Positions 47,937 through 57,912 of a stretch of DNA of 64,000 bases are shown piece by piece; position 1 is the stretch's first letter, and each line of letters begins with the position of its first letter. Both the position numbers and the translations under genes were made by a program. The notes beneath the pieces were generated by a model, which did no database searches, had not been told where the DNA came from, and was given only the letters and a program-made list of their open reading frames with translations. The DNA lies in IMG/VR virus record IMGVR_UViG_642918914_000001, positions 128,001 through 192,000 of that record, one strand, 5' to 3'. The DNA is from a virus. Taxonomy: Duplodnaviria > Caudoviricetes.

Positions 47937-49034
47937 TCAGGACTGCGCCACGGGCGGCGGCACTTCGGTCTGCGGCTGGTCAACCTGCAGGTTGGTGTCT
48001 GCGGACGTTTGCGCGGTATCCAGCGTCAGCTCAATCACGTCGACCTTCACTTCCTGCGGCTGCGGCGTAACCAGATCGTCAGTCACCACTTCAGTGGCCT
48101 TGGCATCGTCGATCACCTGTTCCAGCTCCAGCGGAGTGAGCAGGGACGCGGTGGTTGCGCCGTCGCTTTCACCGCCGTGATGCGTGTGCTCTTCGATCTC
48201 GTCGGCGTCGGCACCCAGATCATTGGTGCCGACCAGCACGCTCGCGTACACGGCGCCATGCACAACTTCCGGGTACACGCCCATGAACTCGGTCCAGATC
48301 ACGGTGTCGCTGTAGTACGGAGTGCTGATGGTGAACGCGTCCACCGTCGAAGAGTCTTCGCTCGGAATGAACGCCGACTGCAGCGCGTTGAGCGAAATGC
48401 CGTTGCCCAGCGAGAACAGCAAGCGATGCTGGGTCAGCGTCAGGTTCTTGTTCGGCTCCTGGCTGTACATCACGAGCGCGTTCTTCAGCTGCTCTGCAGT
48501 AAGGCGCGTGTTTTCGCCGGCCGACATGATGAAGTCGATGCCCAGTTCGCCGGGCTTGTTCTCGTCCGATGCGTCAGCTTCCAGCAGTTGCTCTTCCAAC
48601 TGCTCGGCCAGCGTCTTGGTGCGACGGCCGATGATCTCGTTGGATTCGACCAGCGCACGCTTGGTCGTGGCGTTGGGTTCGGCTTCCGGCTTGGTCAGCG
48701 CCAGCGGTGCGCTGTCGTCGCTGGACGTGGCCACCACTTCTTCGTCTTCGTCATCTTCATCGTCGTCCGAGAACTGGAGCAGATTGTCCAGGCGCTGTTC
48801 GAGCTCGGGGTCGATGTTGTGGAAGGCGTAGCGGCTGAAGAAGTCGACGAGGCCCGAGTTGTAAACGGCGCCCGTGTCGTCAGCGTAGATGACCTGCGGC
48901 GGATGTTGCTTCTGCACACGTTCCGGCAGAGCAGTGTTGGTGATGTGCAGCACTTTCGACAGACGGCCGTTGGCGTTCTTCTTCCAAACGCTGCCCGGAG
49001 TCAGCAGGTCAAGTTGGTCTTGGAATTGTTCCAT
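47937..49034 (-). CDS. acidic hypothetical protein
   Basis: 365 aa with biased codon usage; flanked by the promoter motif and a terminator. Confidence 0.7.
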   Translation of the reverse strand: MEQFQDQLDLLTPGSVWKKNANGRLSKVLHITNTALPERVQKQHPPQVIYADDTGAVYNSGLVDFFSRYAFHNIDPELEQRLDNLLQFSDDDEDDEDEEVVATSSDDSAPLALTKPEAEPNATTKRALVESNEIIGRRTKTLAEQLEEQLLEADASDENKPGELGIDFIMSAGENTRLTAEQLKNALVMYSQEPNKNLTLTQHRLLFSLGNGISLNALQSAFIPSEDSSTVDAFTISTPYYSDTVIWTEFMGVYPEVVHGAVYASVLVGTNDLGADADEIEEHTHHGGESDGATTASLLTPLELEQVIDDAKATEVVTDDLVTPQPQEVKVDVIELTLDTAQTSADTNLQVDQPQTEVPPPVAQS

Positions 49035-49084
49035 TTGAGGTTGAACCTTTCGCGAATAGGTTGAGTGTCAGTTGGTGACCCGCT

Positions 49085-49516
49085 TTATTTACTGGCGGGA
49101 ACCGGGTCCAGGTTAAATGCCTGCCGCACAATACGCGCCAGTCGCCGGTGAGTAGCGGCGCACGTGTCATGCGTTGTGGCCCACGCACCAAGCAATTCCA
49201 ACACCTGTTCCTTGTTGTAGGTGCGGAGTTCGGGACGCGGCAGCGGCTTGCAGTCTTCGAGCAGTCGCTCGTCGATATCCACGCTCGTCTTAACTTGGAC
49301 CGTGGGCGTGGGCGGAGTGGGCACAACCGGCGCCGGAGCACAACCAGCCAGCAGCACGATGAGCAAACTCACCAGCAGTGCAGTGAGTACGAACTTGAGA
49401 TTGCCACGTTTCATGTTGGCGGTCGGGTAAAAGAATTGATGAAGCTGATACACGCAGAACGCGATCAGTGCCAGTACGCCAGCGCCAAGCCTAATGAGGT
49501 CCCGGTCCATTTCCAT
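49085..49516 (-). CDS. o-spanin (Rz1-like lipoprotein)
   Basis: Lipobox LLAGC, Pro-rich linker, LLEDC..LP, C-terminal Cys; follows the i-spanin. The start is 49516 or 49414. Confidence 0.75.
   Translation of the reverse strand: MEMDRDLIRLGAGVLALIAFCVYQLHQFFYPTANMKRGNLKFVLTALLVSLLIVLLAGCAPAPVVPTPPTPTVQVKTSVDIDERLLEDCKPLPRPELRTYNKEQVLELLGAWATTHDTCAATHRRLARIVRQAFNLDPVPASK
49086..49095 (-). promoter_or_regulatory. CCAGTAAATA putative phage promoter
   Basis: Motif ~52 nt upstream of the 49034 start. Confidence 0.55.
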
Positions 49517-49958
49517 TTGCTGTCCCCTGATTGAGTGGAGGTGCCTGCGGGCCAAACACAGGGCTGGCGTCCAGCAGTTGATTGATGGCGTCGGCCATCG
49601 ACGTATCGAATCCGCAGCTTGCAGCAGACTGCTTGTTCTGCGTGACGTACTTAGTGATCACCGTCTGTCGCTGCGCGGTGACGCGCTGCGTAAGATCCTG
49701 AATGGTGGCTGCATCCAGATGCGACTGCCGTTCCAGGTCGGCGATGCGCTTGTTGGTGGCTTGATGCTCGGCGTTCTGCTGATCGATCATCTGATTGATG
49801 GTCGTCTGCTGCGTGTTCCACGCTTCCTTGTGTCCAACGTCGTAGCCTTTGGCATAGCCGCGACTGTTGCCAACAGAGTAGGCACCGACCACAGCGGTCA
49901 CGAGGATGATGAGCATCGCGCCATACTTGGCCGCGTAACTAGCGAGAAATGGGGGCAT
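49491..49958 (-). CDS. i-spanin (Rz-like)
   Basis: N-terminal TM, GY.KGY, coiled coil, ITKYV…C. Confidence 0.75.
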   Translation of the reverse strand: MPPFLASYAAKYGAMLIILVTAVVGAYSVGNSRGYAKGYDVGHKEAWNTQQTTINQMIDQQNAEHQATNKRIADLERQSHLDAATIQDLTQRVTAQRQTVITKYVTQNKQSAASCGFDTSMADAINQLLDASPVFGPQAPPLNQGTANGNGPGPH

Positions 49959-50256
49959 TGACAGCTCCTCGTTGATGGCTGAATTCCGGCAGCGGGTCAC
50001 TGAATTGGTGACCATGCGCCACATAGTTTGCGCGGTAGTAGTTAAGGCACGCATCAGGGCCAAGCGCAGCGCACTCACGGAACTGAGTGCGGTGATCGCC
50101 GCGAAGGATGTAGAAGCGTTCCATGTTGCCGATTACCAGCGACGTCGTAACATCACCGTACACTTCGGTGTCGGTGTCGTTGTAGCTGATGTAGAAGCCG
50201 TCGCCCTCCAGGATTAGGTTGGGGGCGCCCGGTGCACAAACCCATTCGAAGTTCAT
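49939..50256 (-). CDS. hypothetical protein
   Basis: GAGGAG RBS; 105 aa. Confidence 0.6.
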   Translation of the reverse strand: MNFEWVCAPGAPNLILEGDGFYISYNDTDTEVYGDVTTSLVIGNMERFYILRGDHRTQFRECAALGPDACLNYYRANYVAHGHQFSDPLPEFSHQRGAVNAPISR

Positions 50257-50265
50257 AGAATCTCC

Positions 50266-51303
50266 TCAAAAGAACTTGCTCTTCAATCGATCGATGATGT
50301 GCTGCGGGCAGTTGCCTGGATCCCACAACGCGACGCCAGCAGCCTTCGCTGCCTTAGACGGCGAAGGCTGGTCTTTGAACTTGAGCCAAGGACTGCCCTT
50401 CATTTCCCAGAGGCGAAGAGCGCGATACTGCATAAGCTGGCTTCGCTCGAATGATTCGGTGATGCGATCGGTGGCAGCCAAACCCGCACAGTCGCCGTCC
50501 ATGAACGTGATGCATCGGTCGACGCCACGTGCCTCGAGAATCTTGATCTTATCCACACTCCAACTCTGCGTTCCGAAGATGCAGACTGCTGGAATACGGT
50601 TGGACAGCAGGCGCAGCGCATCACGTTGCCCTTCCACGAGCACGATGCTGGTAGAACCCAGCTCTTCCATAAGTTGGATGCTGTAGTTCAATGGCCATAG
50701 ACCGTGAGTCTTAGACCATGTGCTGGCCGCTGATTTAGCCAGAAGATAGCTGGGTTTGTCCTCTTCCTTCTTCAATCGTGCCAGGAAGTAACCTACCTGC
50801 TGATCACCAATCTGCACCGGGAAGTGGATGAACTTCTTACCATAGCAGTGATAGTCCTCCAGCCACTTGCGAGCCAGACGCCCTCCCAACTTGATGAGCA
50901 GGTCCGTGGAGATGCCGCGCCACTTCTTGCCAGCGGGCAGCGGGCTGAACTTGAACTCATCCCTCACGAACTTGTCGCTCGACATGAGTAGATTCATGCC
51001 CTTGTCTATCTGCAAGTCCTGGGCCATGCGTACGCTGGGGGCCTGTCGGGTGAATGGCTCCAATCCAAGTAGAGGCGCCACCTTATCCCACGTATGGCCT
51101 TTCTCGCATGCGAAGCAGTAGAAGGATCCAGGACTGTACTTGCCATCCCCAACCGTGACGAACGCGCTAGGCGTGTTCTCGCTGTGGAACGGACACAGAA
51201 TCATCATCCGGTGTCCGGTCTCCTTCTTCACTCCGCTGTAGCGCGCCATCTGCTGGCGCACAAACTGCAACTTCTCTTGTCTAGTTAGCGGATCCATACC
51301 CAA
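50266..51303 (-). CDS. dnaG: DNA primase (DnaG-like)
   Basis: CHC2 finger CPFHSENTPS…CFAC; TOPRIM VEGQRDAL, FMDGDCAG. Confidence 0.9.
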   Translation of the reverse strand: MGMDPLTRQEKLQFVRQQMARYSGVKKETGHRMMILCPFHSENTPSAFVTVGDGKYSPGSFYCFACEKGHTWDKVAPLLGLEPFTRQAPSVRMAQDLQIDKGMNLLMSSDKFVRDEFKFSPLPAGKKWRGISTDLLIKLGGRLARKWLEDYHCYGKKFIHFPVQIGDQQVGYFLARLKKEEDKPSYLLAKSAASTWSKTHGLWPLNYSIQLMEELGSTSIVLVEGQRDALRLLSNRIPAVCIFGTQSWSVDKIKILEARGVDRCITFMDGDCAGLAATDRITESFERSQLMQYRALRLWEMKGSPWLKFKDQPSPSKAAKAAGVALWDPGNCPQHIIDRLKSKFF

Positions 51304-51308
51304 TCACA

Positions 51309-52001
51309 CTACGTCAGTTCTCGGGTCAACGTGGGCACTTCGGGGTCTTTGAACAGGTAATGCTCAAGGCTGTTGAAGCATTTGAGGACGCCGTCCACTC
51401 CCGTATGCGTTTGACTCCACTTCCACCACTTGCCGCACAGTGCTTGGCTGTATAGGAAGAGGGGCCGATCGTTCAGGTCAGGGAAGCGGTAATACACGTA
51501 ACGAGGGAAGTCGTGCTGCCGAGTGTCCTGCACGAACCACTGATCCGTGGTCAGCACCAAGCGCACGCCGTTGTTCACGGTGTCGTACACGCCAATCACG
51601 TACACAGTGCGCCCTCGCGTCATGACTGCTAGATGCCCATGCTGCCCGCTGTTCACCATGAACGAGGTGAACAGCCAGCTATGCAGAAGAATCTGCTGCT
51701 GGATGCGATGCAGCTTGTACAACTGGCGGCTGGACTCGAACTCGGCTTCCATCAACGGAAGCCGCTCCTCCAGCACACTATTTACTGCTTCGGGCGTGGA
51801 TCCAACCGTGAACACCGAGAACGACTTGGCACGCTGGGGCACGTGAATAGCGACAGGCGGCACTTGTGCGGCTTGCACCTGACACTCGCCACGATAGCGG
51901 TGAGGGGTGTGGTTCCACGTGTGTGGGTCTTCAAACTGGGGGAAATTAGACTGCGGTCCGTTGGCGGACAGCACAAGGCTTGCGTATAACTGGCGAGCCA
52001 T
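51309..52001 (-). CDS. hypothetical protein
   Basis: GAGG RBS; 230 aa. Confidence 0.6.
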   Translation of the reverse strand: MARQLYASLVLSANGPQSNFPQFEDPHTWNHTPHRYRGECQVQAAQVPPVAIHVPQRAKSFSVFTVGSTPEAVNSVLEERLPLMEAEFESSRQLYKLHRIQQQILLHSWLFTSFMVNSGQHGHLAVMTRGRTVYVIGVYDTVNNGVRLVLTTDQWFVQDTRQHDFPRYVYYRFPDLNDRPLFLYSQALCGKWWKWSQTHTGVDGVLKCFNSLEHYLFKDPEVPTLTRELT

Positions 52002-52010
52002 AGAAACCTC

Positions 52011-52394
52011 TCAGTGGGTCGTGGCGCGCACCTGAAAGTCAGGAAGCGGGTCGTTGTTGATGAGCCCTCCAAACTGAAGGGCCAGTTCCTCTGGATCAGC
52101 GATATCCAGTGTCGTGATGTAGGACACTATCCAATTGGTCGCCCGTTCGATGTCGCGAGTGAAGAGCAGGTTGCTCCACACCTCGCGCACGAAGATCGAA
52201 TAGTAGTAAGAAGACGCCGGGGACAGTTCAACTATCAAGATCTGGTAGTTGGCCCACCCCGTGTCCACTTGTCGAGCCATCACCGCGTAGGTTGCATACG
52301 GATGTTGCTCCAAGTCGCTTATCACGTACTCCAATTCGCCAACCCGATTCACTGCATACCGTTCGCTGACGGCATCGGTATCGGTCATTGTCAC
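52011..52394 (-). CDS. hypothetical protein
   Basis: Coupled to the polymerase stop. Confidence 0.55.
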   Translation of the reverse strand: MTMTDTDAVSERYAVNRVGELEYVISDLEQHPYATYAVMARQVDTGWANYQILIVELSPASSYYYSIFVREVWSNLLFTRDIERATNWIVSYITTLDIADPEELALQFGGLINNDPLPDFQVRATTH

Positions 52395-55300
52395 TCCATG
52401 AACTCTGCAACAGCTTCGGAGATCTGGCGATCAAGGTCTGTGACCCCCAGCAGCGGATAGCTCTTCTGCAGAGCACGGCGTACCTTCGGATCAGTCCACG
52501 GCCGGAACACGCGGCGCAGCACGTCTTCCTTCTTGCCCTCCAGCACACCCAGCTTCTCGGCGTCGTCAACAGCCGCCTTCAAGTGAGCGACCAGCTCCTT
52601 CACGTCCCACGACCACTTGCGGCTCTTGTCGTCGGACACACCGATTTCGCACTCGATCTCAGGAGCAATCGTCCACTTGAAGTTGAACGCCTTCTCGTAG
52701 GCAGCTTGCACGCCGTACGTTGCTTGATACTGCAAGATGTGGATGAAGGGGATCACCATATCGTAGGGAACCATCTTGTACAACGCATCGTGCACTGCGC
52801 GTTGACTGAACACCCGCAGCTCCCAATCCGAACGATCGATGCCCAGCATTTTCTTGAGCTTCGGTAGCCGCTTGTAGTACTCCGTGATGATCAAGCGATC
52901 TGCCTTGTTGCCGATCTCGCTGGCCACCCCTTGGATTGGCGCGTTGGTGCCACGCCGCACCTGCTTGCTGATGATTCGCTTGTCACCGGTCATGGCGGCG
53001 TACAGGTGACGAACGCGGCCATTGAACGAGTAGACGTAGAACTTCTCTTCAGCCATCTTGGACATGCGCTGAATCCAGCGGTGACCCGCCTTAAATTCAC
53101 CGAACATCTTGTCGACGATGCCTTGCGCGTATTCCGAGCGATCTTCGTTGAACAGGGCGGTCAGCTTGTCGTCCAGCTCTTCCAGCATCTCGTTGATGCG
53201 CGCCAGCCGCTTCGCGTCCTTGCACGTCAAGCTCTCGTCGTACAGCTTGGCAACCTCAGCGCGCAGACTGGAGATGTCGCCTTCCTTGGTATCCTCGCCC
53301 AGTGTCTCAGCGCCCTTGCCATAAATCACGCCGAACACAACCTTCTTAACAGCGTCACGCAGTGGGTGATCCTTGTCCACCAGCTTCTTGAAGAAGCGCT
53401 GCACGTTGAGAATGTGGAAGTCACCCTTCTCCTTCAGCGCCTTCTTGTTGGCGTCCGACGGATCTTGAATGAATGCCTGACGCAGCTCAAGGCCAGTGCG
53501 GAACGCGGCGGCGATCACCTTGTCGCCGGACGCCACACTCCAGATACGAACTTCATGTGCCGAATAGTCGAAGCGCACCAGCAGGTAGCCGGGGCGCGCA
53601 ACGAACAGCGTCTTCAACAGTTTGGACAGCGGCCCGCGACTTGGGATCTGCTGGAGGTTAGGGTCCTTGGAACCCAAACGACCAGTATCCACAAGGAAGT
53701 AGTCAGCGCGCAGGCTGTCGTCAGTGGACTCGTCAAGCGCGGTGTTCAACCGACGCGACCATGCCTTGACGTAGGTGGAGATCACCTTGGTCAGCGCCTG
53801 ATACTCGCCATACAGCGCCACCACCTTGTTCTTGTCCTTGTAGTGCTTGATGAACTCCTTGTCGATCTGCGGCTTGCCCGTGATCTTGGACATGGACAGC
53901 GGTTCCAAGCCCAGCACGTCGAAGAACAGCTTGGCCTTGTGGTCAGGCTTCGTGGGTTGGAAGATCCACTTGTCGCTAACGCCACCAAACAACGACTTGG
54001 CCTTGAACCCAGAGTCGCTCAGCAGTTCTTTGTTGGCTTTGCGCACTTCGTTCATGAGACGCAACTGGTCTAGGGTCTTCGCCATCATCTCGCGCAGTGG
54101 GCTCTTCGGCCCCATCAGATGCTTGAGCGCCGGGCGCGACAGACTGCTGCCGTCGTTGCGCATGTGTGACAGCGCGTGCGCCGTATCGCTCATCTGCTGC
54201 TCCATGTGACGAACGAAGTACGGCGCGAAGCTCTGGCCATCGATCTCCATGTACGAAGCACGCTTGATCTGCATCTGACGGATGTGCGCAATCGACACGG
54301 TGTCGGTCGACGCATACTCCAGGAAGTCAGGGTTGTCTGGCTTCACCTGTCCACTAGTGCTACGCTGCGCCTTGGAGAAGGCCGCAGTGTAGTAGTGGTC
54401 GTTGCCGTAGCTGGTAAAGATCGGAGCCAAACCACCATACGTCGCTTTCTTCCCGTCAGGGTTCACGGCATTGGACGCCGCGTTCAGTAGGCTGGCGTTC
54501 TCGTCAAGGCTGTGCTCCGCGAACATGATTTCCCACACCGGCAACCACATGATGGGAATGCGCAGAATCTGGCGGATCACGCGCAAGTCAAACATGTGGC
54601 CGTTGAAGGTGATGAGCAAGGGACCGGTCTTGGCCGCGAACCGCTGGCGCAGCTCACGCTTGATGTACTGACGTTCTTCCTTCGACCAGTGAGTAAGCGG
54701 ATGGTCGATAGCCAACACATAACCCGCGTTGGGATTGTGATTGGTGGTGAACTGCATCGTGTAGATGCGGTTGTGCAAGCTGCTCAGGTTCTTGGTTTCG
54801 GTATCCAGTGCGCAGTATTCGGCAGTGTCAAACCGCTTCATCAGCTTGTCGAACTGGTCGATAGTCTTGATGAAGCGAGGCTCTGCCTTGACATGCGCCA
54901 GCGAGAACGGATGATGCTCGATCAGCAACTGCGCAAGGTGACGCGTCCAGAAGCCGAGCAAGTTGGCCAGTGCCCCATTCTTATCCAGCAGCCGGGCAAA
55001 GTCCAGGGTGGACGCGGCCTTGAACGAGAAGTCATCTTCCTTCAGCGTATGAATCCAACCCCGCTTGTAATGACCGTACGCAATCTGCGGATAGGTGACG
55101 GACAGCGCCTCGTCACCTGAGAACAGAACGTGCGTGGGGCGAAGCTTGCGAATCATCTGGCGCAGACGGTCAGCGAATACCAGTTCCGCGTCGTGGCGCC
55201 CACGTGACGACATGTGCAGATGGCGTGCCGCGTTGAAATTGGCCACGGCCAAAGCATATTCAGGTACCGTCTTGTCGGTACCGCGTAGGTAGGTCTGCGC

Positions 55301-55543
55301 CGTTTTGCGCGCATACTTGTATGCGTTGCGGAATGCAGTGAACGTGCCAACGTCGCCCAGCAATTCGCCTTCCTTGCCCGTACGTTCAGACGGCAGATCG
55401 CGACTGTCCACTGATTGGAACACGATGAGCAACCTGCGCTTGGACTGCTTCCAGTCACTGTCCATCTTCAGCAGCAGGTTGTAGGGAGCATTCCGCTTGA
55501 AGAACTCGTTCTGAATCTCGAAGCGAAACTGTTTGTCAAGCAT
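52391..55543 (-). CDS. polA: family A DNA polymerase with UDG-like N-terminal and 3'-5' exonuclease domains
   Basis: Exo LDTET, FN..FD; TGRLGSKDPNLQQIP; motif A DYSAHEVR; motif B RDAVKKVVFGVIYG; NAPIQG; motif C VHDA. Confidence 0.95.
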   Translation of the reverse strand: MLDKQFRFEIQNEFFKRNAPYNLLLKMDSDWKQSKRRLLIVFQSVDSRDLPSERTGKEGELLGDVGTFTAFRNAYKYARKTAQTYLRGTDKTVPEYALAVANFNAARHLHMSSRGRHDAELVFADRLRQMIRKLRPTHVLFSGDEALSVTYPQIAYGHYKRGWIHTLKEDDFSFKAASTLDFARLLDKNGALANLLGFWTRHLAQLLIEHHPFSLAHVKAEPRFIKTIDQFDKLMKRFDTAEYCALDTETKNLSSLHNRIYTMQFTTNHNPNAGYVLAIDHPLTHWSKEERQYIKRELRQRFAAKTGPLLITFNGHMFDLRVIRQILRIPIMWLPVWEIMFAEHSLDENASLLNAASNAVNPDGKKATYGGLAPIFTSYGNDHYYTAAFSKAQRSTSGQVKPDNPDFLEYASTDTVSIAHIRQMQIKRASYMEIDGQSFAPYFVRHMEQQMSDTAHALSHMRNDGSSLSRPALKHLMGPKSPLREMMAKTLDQLRLMNEVRKANKELLSDSGFKAKSLFGGVSDKWIFQPTKPDHKAKLFFDVLGLEPLSMSKITGKPQIDKEFIKHYKDKNKVVALYGEYQALTKVISTYVKAWSRRLNTALDESTDDSLRADYFLVDTGRLGSKDPNLQQIPSRGPLSKLLKTLFVARPGYLLVRFDYSAHEVRIWSVASGDKVIAAAFRTGLELRQAFIQDPSDANKKALKEKGDFHILNVQRFFKKLVDKDHPLRDAVKKVVFGVIYGKGAETLGEDTKEGDISSLRAEVAKLYDESLTCKDAKRLARINEMLEELDDKLTALFNEDRSEYAQGIVDKMFGEFKAGHRWIQRMSKMAEEKFYVYSFNGRVRHLYAAMTGDKRIISKQVRRGTNAPIQGVASEIGNKADRLIITEYYKRLPKLKKMLGIDRSDWELRVFSQRAVHDALYKMVPYDMVIPFIHILQYQATYGVQAAYEKAFNFKWTIAPEIECEIGVSDDKSRKWSWDVKELVAHLKAAVDDAEKLGVLEGKKEDVLRRVFRPWTDPKVRRALQKSYPLLGVTDLDRQISEAVAEFME

Positions 55544-55568
55544 TTGAACCTCGTGGGCTGTGTGTTAC

Positions 55569-55913
55569 TTAGTGGGTGTCCTTGGTGTCCAGCACCAGAC
55601 GCCCCGAATTCTTGCGTACCTGAATGGCCTTGTCGTCAAAGATCTGCACGCAGTGCCGATCCTTGATGCAGGTAATGGGCAACACCTGACCGAGGTGTTC
55701 GTGGCACCATGCCTCGATGGCCCTCACCTTTTCGGGCGACGATTCAGCAACTCGCGCAGTGAAGATGCGAACGTCACGGCCTTCCGTCAGCCAGCGCTGA
55801 ACGCGCTTCACCATGATGAGAATGGGCTTTCCAATGTGCGTGGGGCCACGGTACTTGTCGTAATACGCCAAGGTACCATCAAGGTCCACGCCAATCCAAC
55901 CGCGTTCGCTCAT
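55569..55913 (-). CDS. HAD-superfamily protein
   Basis: IGVDLDGTLA, IFTAR, K, FDDKA. Confidence 0.8.
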   Translation of the reverse strand: MSERGWIGVDLDGTLAYYDKYRGPTHIGKPILIMVKRVQRWLTEGRDVRIFTARVAESSPEKVRAIEAWCHEHLGQVLPITCIKDRHCVQIFDDKAIQVRKNSGRLVLDTKDTH

Positions 55914-55931
55914 GATCCATTCTCCAAAATG

Positions 55932-55961
55932 AAAAAGCCCAGTAGCAGGGCCACTGGGCTT
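55932..55961 (-). terminator. rho-independent terminator
   Basis: AAGCCCAGT…ACTGGGCTT followed by TTT on the - strand. Confidence 0.75.
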
Positions 55962-55971
55962 ATTTACCGCC

Positions 55972-57063
55972 TTACTTGTGATGTGCGAGAAACGACAGCC
56001 AATCGCGCTCCGATCGCTTGTCGTAGCCGCGCAACCCCATGGCGTTGAGGTTCAGTCGCGGGAAGCGTCGCTTCATACACAGCGCACGATCCATGACCGC
56101 GGCAATGCTGTCAGACGACGTGGGATCCGCTTGGTACAGCATGTTGAGCCACGTGATCTCGCGGCTGCCGATCGTAGGCACGCCCAACACCACGGCGTCG
56201 GCCGCTACGATGTTGAACGTTTCCGAGAACGACACCTGCGTCACCAAGTCCATGGACGCCACAAGCTCTTTGAACTTGGCGTGCACCATCCACGGATGTT
56301 CGACCAGCTCGTGTTGCGGGTAGTGCTTGAACATCAGGCGCAGATTCTTGAGGATCTGATCGCCGTTCATCTCGATGCGACCGCCGTTGATGTGGAAGCG
56401 CAGGCGACGATTGAGCCGGGCTGCCAGCTTCAGCGCGCCAATCGCCTGTTCCATGTGGTTCTTCAACGGACGTACGGCACCAAAGCACCCGATGTCCAGC
56501 GTGTCGCAGTGGTCCGGCTTCATCTCTCCGTCAACGAGATGCGTTGTCGGATAGTAGTTGGGCAGGTATGCGACCTTGGAGGCGATGTGTTCTGGCGTCC
56601 ACGAGGGGTTCGCCATCTGCACTAGATGCAGGGTTTCCTCGTACATGCGCGGGCTATTGGCCGACATGACGACATTGGGACGCTGCACGTACTTCAGCAT
56701 CCAGTCGAAGGCGATCCCTTCCTGGGCTAGGAATGGAGTCTCCGAGTGATTGCGGATCACATACTTGATCTTGGGGTTGACCGACAGCAGCTCGTCGAAT
56801 TTCTCCGGCACAACCCAGAAGGCTTCAACGATCACTACCTCAGCCTGGAAGGCCATCGCTTCCCGGTAGATCGTCGAATTGTCTTGCACGTGAACCAGCT
56901 TCACTGGCACGCCGTGTTGCATCAGCATGTCGACAACCATGCGAGCGCTATTGAACAGGCCGCTGCTCAGCGGCTTCTTGCCGTCGCTGTAGCACCAGCT
57001 ATTGATGTCGTTGTAGTCGCTATCGCGATACTTGAGGACGAAGAGGGTGCGTGGGTACGTCAT
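55972..57063 (-). CDS. GT-B (GT4-like) glycosyltransferase
   Basis: FGAVRPLKN, SFSETFNIVAADA…GVPTI. Confidence 0.8.
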   Translation of the reverse strand: MTYPRTLFVLKYRDSDYNDINSWCYSDGKKPLSSGLFNSARMVVDMLMQHGVPVKLVHVQDNSTIYREAMAFQAEVVIVEAFWVVPEKFDELLSVNPKIKYVIRNHSETPFLAQEGIAFDWMLKYVQRPNVVMSANSPRMYEETLHLVQMANPSWTPEHIASKVAYLPNYYPTTHLVDGEMKPDHCDTLDIGCFGAVRPLKNHMEQAIGALKLAARLNRRLRFHINGGRIEMNGDQILKNLRLMFKHYPQHELVEHPWMVHAKFKELVASMDLVTQVSFSETFNIVAADAVVLGVPTIGSREITWLNMLYQADPTSSDSIAAVMDRALCMKRRFPRLNLNAMGLRGYDKRSERDWLSFLAHHK

Positions 57064-57128
57064 GAACTACTCCAAATGTTGGGACCATCAGGGAACTCCT
57101 TGCATCTTGTTCTTGTGCTACATCAAAT

Positions 57129-57863
57129 TCAGGGGTGGTAGTTGAGGAGCGACCAATAGTCGGCAGCATTGCCAATGTCCAGCACCACCTTGTTGGAGTA
57201 GCGAGTAACGTCGGCACCCAGACACTTGAGCGCGGGTCCGCCGCTGTACAACACGAGAGGCGCGTCCAATCCGATGATGTGTTCCACGGCCTCGTCCAGC
57301 TGACGCCAGTTGTTGAGCTCGAAGTAGTGCACACGCACGCCCAGCACATCACGGCAGCGAATCTGGAGTGCGTCGGCCAAGCCGCGTGACGCGTGCAGGA
57401 AGATGAGGGACCCCGCCGTCTTGTACAGTTCGGCCTGCGCCTGCTGCGTCCACACGTTGACGAAGAAGTTGTCAACGTACTGCTCGCGCGGACGGAACAG
57501 GTCATGAACGCTGTAGTACGGCTGCGTGATGCCCGAGATGTTGGGCGCGAAATAGTCGCTGTCGTTACCAGCGGACAACAGGCGGCGATGGAGTTCGCCG
57601 TAGGTGATGCCTTCGATGCCCATGCGCTTGCGCCACGCTTCGTCGTAGTCAGAGACCATGGAGTCTGCGGCACGCCACCGTTTAGAGGCATCGGCACAGG
57701 ATTCCATCAACTGACGTTCACCATCGCCCATGCGAGCGACGCTCAGTGATCGGTTGTTGATCAGCGCGTCACCCACCAGATAGTAGAAGGCCCATGCACT
57801 CATGGTGCGATTGGCAATGTCGACGGCACGTTCAGACAGCGAGGATAGGACCATTCCGGACAT
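57129..57863 (-). CDS. GT-D-fold glycosyltransferase-like protein
   Basis: SVARMGDGE, GGP..K, VLDIGN..D. Confidence 0.7.
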   Translation of the reverse strand: MSGMVLSSLSERAVDIANRTMSAWAFYYLVGDALINNRSLSVARMGDGERQLMESCADASKRWRAADSMVSDYDEAWRKRMGIEGITYGELHRRLLSAGNDSDYFAPNISGITQPYYSVHDLFRPREQYVDNFFVNVWTQQAQAELYKTAGSLIFLHASRGLADALQIRCRDVLGVRVHYFELNNWRQLDEAVEHIIGLDAPLVLYSGGPALKCLGADVTRYSNKVVLDIGNAADYWSLLNYHP

Positions 57864-57880
57864 GTTGATGCTCCTTAGTC

Positions 57881-57912
57881 AAAAAGAAAGGGGACCCAAT
57901 GAGGGTCCCCTG
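57881..57912 (-). terminator. rho-independent terminator
   Basis: AGGGGACCC-TCATT-GGGTCCCCT followed by TTCTTTTT. Confidence 0.85.

Noticed and set aside
46767-49064. 765-aa + strand ORF, and similar ones such as 10796-12349
   Set aside because: Antisense to coherent - strand genes; an expected artefact of GC-rich codon bias.
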